35,517 nucleotides of DNA from IMG/VR virus record IMGVR_UViG_3300028897_000210; one strand, written 5' to 3'. Made by a program: the position numbers and the translations under genes. Shown one piece after another: positions 31,103-35,517 of the stretch (position 1 is the stretch's first letter; every line of letters starts with the position of its first letter). The DNA is from a virus. The notes beneath the pieces are model-generated. The model was not told the origin of the DNA. It saw nothing but the letters and a program-made list of their open reading frames with translations, and made no database searches.

Positions 31103-32862
31103 TAGTCTTCATCCTCATCACGGTTACGATAACCGCTGGTAACAGCAGATGACGCGGTTCCAGCATAGTTTCGCAGGAGTTCTGCTAACCTTTTCTGCGG
31201 ACCATACTGGCCCAGAATTGCTTTCGCACCGGGTTCGGTGACTCCGAGGCCTGCGGCTCCGATCATCGATGCCAGAATGGGCATGCCTCCCAGCGCAGTT
31301 CCTCCAGCACCTAGCAAGCCGCCCGCAGTCGCGTATGCGGCCCTGCGCGCGAGCGCTCCCTTTGGCCCGGTAACTTCAGGATTCATGTACGCTTCCTTGA
31401 GCAACGTGCTCAAGTCTTCATACCGCCCTTTCCCAGCCACTTTCAATCCCTGCGGAGTGCCCGCTTCCACTGCTTGAATCAAATGGCGGGGTTCGATGCC
31501 GCTTACTGGAACATCGGTGTACGCCGCCGCACGGGAAAGTAACTGACTCTTCGCGTACTTGTCATCCAGCGCACGCATCGCAGCTAAATCAGCTCCGGTA
31601 AACGTATTCGAGATATTGTTGAAGAACCGTTCCCGAGCAGCCTTCAATCCAGCGACGATGTCGCGGCTATCCGTGCCGCCCATCTTGGAAGCGTCATCAA
31701 TCGCCTCAGTGAATCTATTTTTGATTGCCCTGAGCGTCGGCCCGCCAAAGCGCCCGCCCTGCTGGGCTGGAAAAACCCAGTCTAGGCTCTTGCCCAGCAT
31801 TTTCCGAGCATCGCCGGTCATGCGCCCGCCGCCGCCAGCCTTTTCTGCGGCTCGCACAGACTCGCTTTTCAGCGACACAGGGTACGGAATTGACTTGCCT
31901 TTGAACAGAGTATCGTATGCGTCGTCGAATTGCTGCGACAATTCACGGAAATACTCGCCCCGCGCAGGAACTTCTTCTGCAAAACGCCTGCCTGTGACGC
32001 CCACCTGCGAAATAGGCGCCGCTTCTTCACCAGCACGCTGAAGAATCTGCCTCCCCACGCGCCCGGTGCCTTTTTCCATCACAGCACCGACTCCAGGGAT
32101 CATTTCCCCAAGAGTTTCAAGCGCGCGGAAAGTCTTTCCAGGAAGACCAGCGCCCGCCTGTCCCACGGTAGGCGTGAAACCCTCCTTGAACATCTGGGTT
32201 CCAACATCGCTTGTCCGCACAAGTCCGGAAAGCGGACGCGCAGCAGCTTTCAAGACAAGAGGAGCCGCAGCACCGAGCGCAGCATTCGTAAGACGAGACT
32301 CGCCCTCCAGCGTGGGCTGTAGAAGTCCTGCTTCAGCTCCGCTAACTGCGGAGGGAACGGCTACCCCCAACGCACGGGGAAATCTGGAAGCTGCGGCAAC
32401 GCCTCGTAGTCCTTTCTCAGCAGCACCCAACGGGAGCGCTGTCATCGCAAGGTTGCCCGCGACATTTCCGAGCATGCCTGTATCACTGACCATGCGCCAG
32501 TCTTTGATGTCTTGCTCGCTAGGCGCTTCTCCCATTCCGATCTTGGCCCCAAGCTGACGCAGACTCTGCCACGCTTGCTTCGGCGCAGAAAAGAATCCCA
32601 TCGCCTGCTGACCCCACTCAGGGATCATACGCTCATAAGTGCTGGCGACATCCCCCGGTTGAAAGGGCGTAGGGCTGTCCTGACCGCCTGCGGGCGCTGG
32701 CGTAGGGGTAGCTACCACCCCCGCGCCTTGCGGCTGTCCTGACAATTCCAGACCAGCCTGCGGGGCTGAGGCCAGCCTGCGGGCTATAGCCTGCGCAGCA
32801 GGGACGTCTCCTGCGGCATCCGCCGCCCGGAGAGCTTGCATCAGCTCATCACGGCTGGGCAT
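31102..32862 (-). CDS. large internal virion / ejection-type protein
   Basis: ATG 32862 follows GGAGGA, and the track start at 32874 is a TTG. The protein is Ala/Gly-rich, about 586 aa, and lies between the tail-tube and fibre genes. The function rests on position only. Confidence 0.5.
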   Translation of the reverse strand: MPSRDELMQALRAADAAGDVPAAQAIARRLASAPQAGLELSGQPQGAGVVATPTPAPAGGQDSPTPFQPGDVASTYERMIPEWGQQAMGFFSAPKQAWQSLRQLGAKIGMGEAPSEQDIKDWRMVSDTGMLGNVAGNLAMTALPLGAAEKGLRGVAAASRFPRALGVAVPSAVSGAEAGLLQPTLEGESRLTNAALGAAAPLVLKAAARPLSGLVRTSDVGTQMFKEGFTPTVGQAGAGLPGKTFRALETLGEMIPGVGAVMEKGTGRVGRQILQRAGEEAAPISQVGVTGRRFAEEVPARGEYFRELSQQFDDAYDTLFKGKSIPYPVSLKSESVRAAEKAGGGGRMTGDARKMLGKSLDWVFPAQQGGRFGGPTLRAIKNRFTEAIDDASKMGGTDSRDIVAGLKAARERFFNNISNTFTGADLAAMRALDDKYAKSQLLSRAAAYTDVPVSGIEPRHLIQAVEAGTPQGLKVAGKGRYEDLSTLLKEAYMNPEVTGPKGALARRAAYATAGGLLGAGGTALGGMPILASMIGAAGLGVTEPGAKAILGQYGPQKRLAELLRNYAGTASSAVTSGYRNRDEDED

Positions 32863-33952
32863 TCTGTCCTCCAAGATACTTCTGAATCAATGCGTCATCT
32901 CCAGAAGCAGGAGCTGCCGGACCTCCCGGACTGCCAAGAACTGTGCCTGCCTTCATACGGTCAGCTTGTATGCGATCGTATTCGGTGATCGCGCCTTGGA
33001 GCTTGTCCAGCACGACCGCAGGAGTATCCGTCGGTGCCGGGACGAATGGCCGCAGGCGCGCCTCCTCATGCTGGCTGAGAGCCGCACCAGTGAGGGAATG
33101 GATGACGGTGTAGGCGTTTTTCAAAACTCCCGCTCGCGTTTGCCTTTCTGCTGGAGAAAGAAGAGCTTCCTGCGCCGCCGCACTGATACCCATCGCGTCA
33201 GGGAGTGCCCCAGCAACGCGAGAACCTGTACCGAATGCTCCTGGATTGCTTTTCACATCTGCGATCAACTGCCGCCCAAGATTGGCTGCATTGCGCGCAT
33301 CTTCCTGAGCAGAGTATTGTTTCTGGTACGCACCAAAGGGAATCGGGTTGACAGCATTCCCTTGTGGATCTCGATAAACCCCGGCTTCTGGGTCGAGATA
33401 CACCGCGCTCCCAGCCGGAGACACTACGCCTTTCACAACTTGCGGAGCCGTAAGTCTCTTTTCTTTCGCAGCCGCCGCATCCGCAGCGAGTTGCTTGTAG
33501 TATCCCGATTGAGAAAGCGCCGCCGCCCGTGCCGCAGCCGAATTTGCCATCTGCTCACGACGAAGGTCCTCTGCCGTGCGCCGGTCAATGCGACCAGTGA
33601 GGAACTTTTCCTCACGCTGGCGCGCAGCGAGCGGGTTCTCTACGAACTGTCCTGACGAAGGATCGAAATATCCCGCTTCGCTGGCGCTGAGCCTTTGTGG
33701 GGAAAAGCCGCCCAACGATTGTTGGAGAACGGCATATCCCGGAGCCTTGAATGCAGACCCGCCGAGCGCGCTGAGAGCCATCCCAGCCGTAAGGTCTCGG
33801 CGAGCCGCGTCAGTACGTTGCCTTCCAGCTTCCTGGATCTTTGCGTAGTCGACCGGATTCTGCCGAAGCTGTTCCAGTTTGGAATAGAGCTCGTCAACAG
33901 AAGGACGCTCGCCGCGCAAGCGAGCGACCATCACTTCTTCAGGAGTAGGCAT
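32849..33952 (-). CDS. internal virion-type protein
   Basis: 367-aa ORF coupled to the upstream gene by TAATG. Confidence 0.5.
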   Translation of the reverse strand: MPTPEEVMVARLRGERPSVDELYSKLEQLRQNPVDYAKIQEAGRQRTDAARRDLTAGMALSALGGSAFKAPGYAVLQQSLGGFSPQRLSASEAGYFDPSSGQFVENPLAARQREEKFLTGRIDRRTAEDLRREQMANSAAARAAALSQSGYYKQLAADAAAAKEKRLTAPQVVKGVVSPAGSAVYLDPEAGVYRDPQGNAVNPIPFGAYQKQYSAQEDARNAANLGRQLIADVKSNPGAFGTGSRVAGALPDAMGISAAAQEALLSPAERQTRAGVLKNAYTVIHSLTGAALSQHEEARLRPFVPAPTDTPAVVLDKLQGAITEYDRIQADRMKAGTVLGSPGGPAAPASGDDALIQKYLGGQNAQP

Positions 33953-34269
33953 TACATATTCCCCCAGTCAGAAACGTCGTCCGGGTCTTTTTCCGGCTTG
34001 CCGTACAGACCGCGCAGAATTTCCATGCGCTGCCGGGAAAGATCTTTGCCACGTTCACCAGCTTCTCTGTTCCGCATGCCGCCCGTAATTCCTTGAAGAG
34101 CACGATTGGCTTGGCTGGCCCAATCCATGCGACGAGACCCAAGGGCGGCGCCAGAAGACCGTAGAGCATCAGCTTCAACGAGCTGGCGCTGAAGCTCGCG
34201 CTCTTGCTCGCCAAGATCTCCCATTCCGAGGATAACCTTGAGCTGCTCTTCTGTAAACATTCCTGCCAT
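33952..34269 (-). CDS. small internal virion-type protein (105 aa)
   Basis: ATG 34269 follows GAGGAGA and lies just after the upstream stop at 34280. The track start at 34326 is a GTG. Confidence 0.5.
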   Translation of the reverse strand: MAGMFTEEQLKVILGMGDLGEQERELQRQLVEADALRSSGAALGSRRMDWASQANRALQGITGGMRNREAGERGKDLSRQRMEILRGLYGKPEKDPDDVSDWGNM

Positions 34270-34279
34270 GATCGTCTCC

Positions 34280-35302
34280 TCAGAACTTGAATAAATTGCT
34301 GCCGATTCCGGCGCCCATAGGCCCACCCATCATGAACCCGCCGATGCCGCCGACCAGCGAACCAATATCGGGAGCATTTCCTTGATTCATCTGCGCAGCC
34401 CCGAGACCATAGTTTCCCTGCGCCTGAGCGGCCCCTAGAAGATTTGCAGGCTGCGCTGCACCCGCAGGAGCAAAACTCGGCATCTGAGGACTCTGCACTT
34501 GCTGCCCAGTCAGCAACGCATTCAATTCGTTCAACGACATGCCGCGCCGTTGCGCCTCTTCAGCAATAGCCTGCTGCCGAAGCTGATTACCGGACTGCAT
34601 CGCCCCTTGCGCCAATCCGAGTTCTCGCTGAGCTTCCGCGCCGCCGCCTGCAATGGAAGCAAGCGCGGCATCCTGATATGCCTTTTGTCGTTGCGAGGCC
34701 ATCTGCTCCTGAGCTCGATTCCAGGCAGTGGATCCACCCTCAGGGGAGAGACCCATATTCGCAAGTCGAGTACGTCGCGCTTCTTCCGATTGAGTCAGCC
34801 CCGGCTCGATCATTCCGACTTGACGTTGGTACATCGCCTGCTCAGCGCGATTACGCGCCTGCGTGGGATCATATCCAACAGACTCCAGTGACTGCATTTC
34901 GGGCAAGTTCTCCCAGTCAAACGGAGTTTGAAACGCGCCGGTAGCCTGACCCAGCAGCATCTCAGCCGCGCCAGAGCGACCCATCTGAATACGCTGCTGC
35001 GCATCCAGCGCCGCCTGCTGTTCTGGCGTAAGCTGAAGATTTCCGCTCCACGCTGTGACCGGCTGTCCCGTGGAAGGATCAATCACGCCTTGCGTGTTCC
35101 AATTCATCTGCCCCCACGGAGTATTCAACGTAGGACGATTCGCCCACGTCTGCGTGTTGATCGCTTGCTTGGAGGCTTCAGCTTGCTCTTGAGCAGCCCC
35201 ACGATAATCAGGCGCAGGAGGCGCGTCGCCTTTTCCTCCACCGTATAGGCGGAAGTACTCACCCGTGAGCGCGTTGAGGAGCGTTGAAATTTTAATGAGC
35301 AT
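34280..35302 (-). CDS. internal virion-type protein, Gln/Ala-rich with a Gly-rich hydrophobic C-terminus
   Basis: 340-aa ORF ending GSLVGGIGGFMMGGPMGAGIGSNLFKF. Confidence 0.5.
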   Translation of the reverse strand: MLIKISTLLNALTGEYFRLYGGGKGDAPPAPDYRGAAQEQAEASKQAINTQTWANRPTLNTPWGQMNWNTQGVIDPSTGQPVTAWSGNLQLTPEQQAALDAQQRIQMGRSGAAEMLLGQATGAFQTPFDWENLPEMQSLESVGYDPTQARNRAEQAMYQRQVGMIEPGLTQSEEARRTRLANMGLSPEGGSTAWNRAQEQMASQRQKAYQDAALASIAGGGAEAQRELGLAQGAMQSGNQLRQQAIAEEAQRRGMSLNELNALLTGQQVQSPQMPSFAPAGAAQPANLLGAAQAQGNYGLGAAQMNQGNAPDIGSLVGGIGGFMMGGPMGAGIGSNLFKF

Positions 35303-35305
35303 GAC

Positions 35306-35517
35306 CTAGCCCCACATCGGTTGATCAAGGTAAGCGAAGGGATCATCTTGGCCAGTACGCGAGTACATGGGCTTCACGCGTGTTTGGAACTGATCCCACG
35401 TCTCGTTATGCTGCGGATAGACTCCGAAGAAAGGAGCCAATCCTCCAAAAGGATTGGTTCGCATGAAATCTGCGATCTTGTCTTCGTCGCTCATCCGCTT
35501 AAAGAATAGCGACTCGC
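35306..35517 (-). CDS. C-terminal part of the junction-spanning virion gene (same gene as 1..421)
   Basis: The frame stays open to the window end. It ends ...MSDEDKIADFMRTNPFGGLAPFFGVYPQHNETWDQFQTRVKPMYSRTGQDDPFAYLDQPMWG with stop at 35306. Confidence 0.7.
   Translation of the reverse strand, partial: ESLFFKRMSDEDKIADFMRTNPFGGLAPFFGVYPQHNETWDQFQTRVKPMYSRTGQDDPFAYLDQPMWG
35374..35517. repeat. terminal direct repeat, copy B (circular-closure overlap)
   Basis: Identical to 1-144. The repeat lies inside an open reading frame that continues seamlessly into base 145 onward. Confidence 0.95.

Noticed and set aside
1-35517. Lysogeny functions or a phage-encoded RNA polymerase
   Set aside because: There is no ORF with integrase or recombinase motifs, no CI-like repressor, and no ORF of about 800 aa or more that could be a single-subunit RNAP. 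Host RNAP dependence is inferred only from this absence.

Overview
The window is a complete, circularly closed dsDNA phage genome with a podovirus-like layout. Bases 1-144 are identical to bases 35374-35517, so the unique length is 35,373 bp, and one virion gene reads straight across the junction.

Layout:
- Late operon, minus strand: 11536 down to 1, then wrapping from 35373 down to 28930. In order it encodes a terS-like protein, TerL, portal, scaffold, major capsid, head and tail accessory proteins, two tail-tube-position proteins, a GNAT-like protein, five internal-virion-like proteins, two tail fibres and a DUF3008-TM protein.
- Early/replication operon, plus strand: 15341-28828. It encodes small early proteins, DUF932, an SSB-like protein, family A DNA polymerase, a Cas4-like nuclease, VRR-NUC, an SNF2 helicase, a charge-block protein and a putative DNA-modification island.
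- Minus-strand Toprim/SF3 primase-helicase: 15239-13200.
- Coding-poor control region: 11537-13199. It is packed with several repeat families and holds one Lys/Ala/Pro-rich histone-like gene.

I found no tRNA, integrase, phage RNA polymerase, reverse transcriptase, CRISPR array or recognisable endolysin.

The ORF track counts GTG and TTG as starts and takes the longest ORF, so I moved several starts inward to codons with a Shine-Dalgarno sequence. All functional calls come from motifs read by eye and from gene order. No database search was run.

The most interesting items:
- A thymidylate-synthase-like / aGPT-pyrophosphorylase-like / GT-A-like / HNH / DUF3310 island, suggesting thymidine hypermodification without the usual kinase.
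- A protein with 45 consecutive Asp/Glu residues that has its own sigma70-type promoter.
- The iteron and repeat fields around the primase and terS genes.
- A secreted Cys/Thr-rich mini-peptide.
- A GNAT-like protein inside the virion module.
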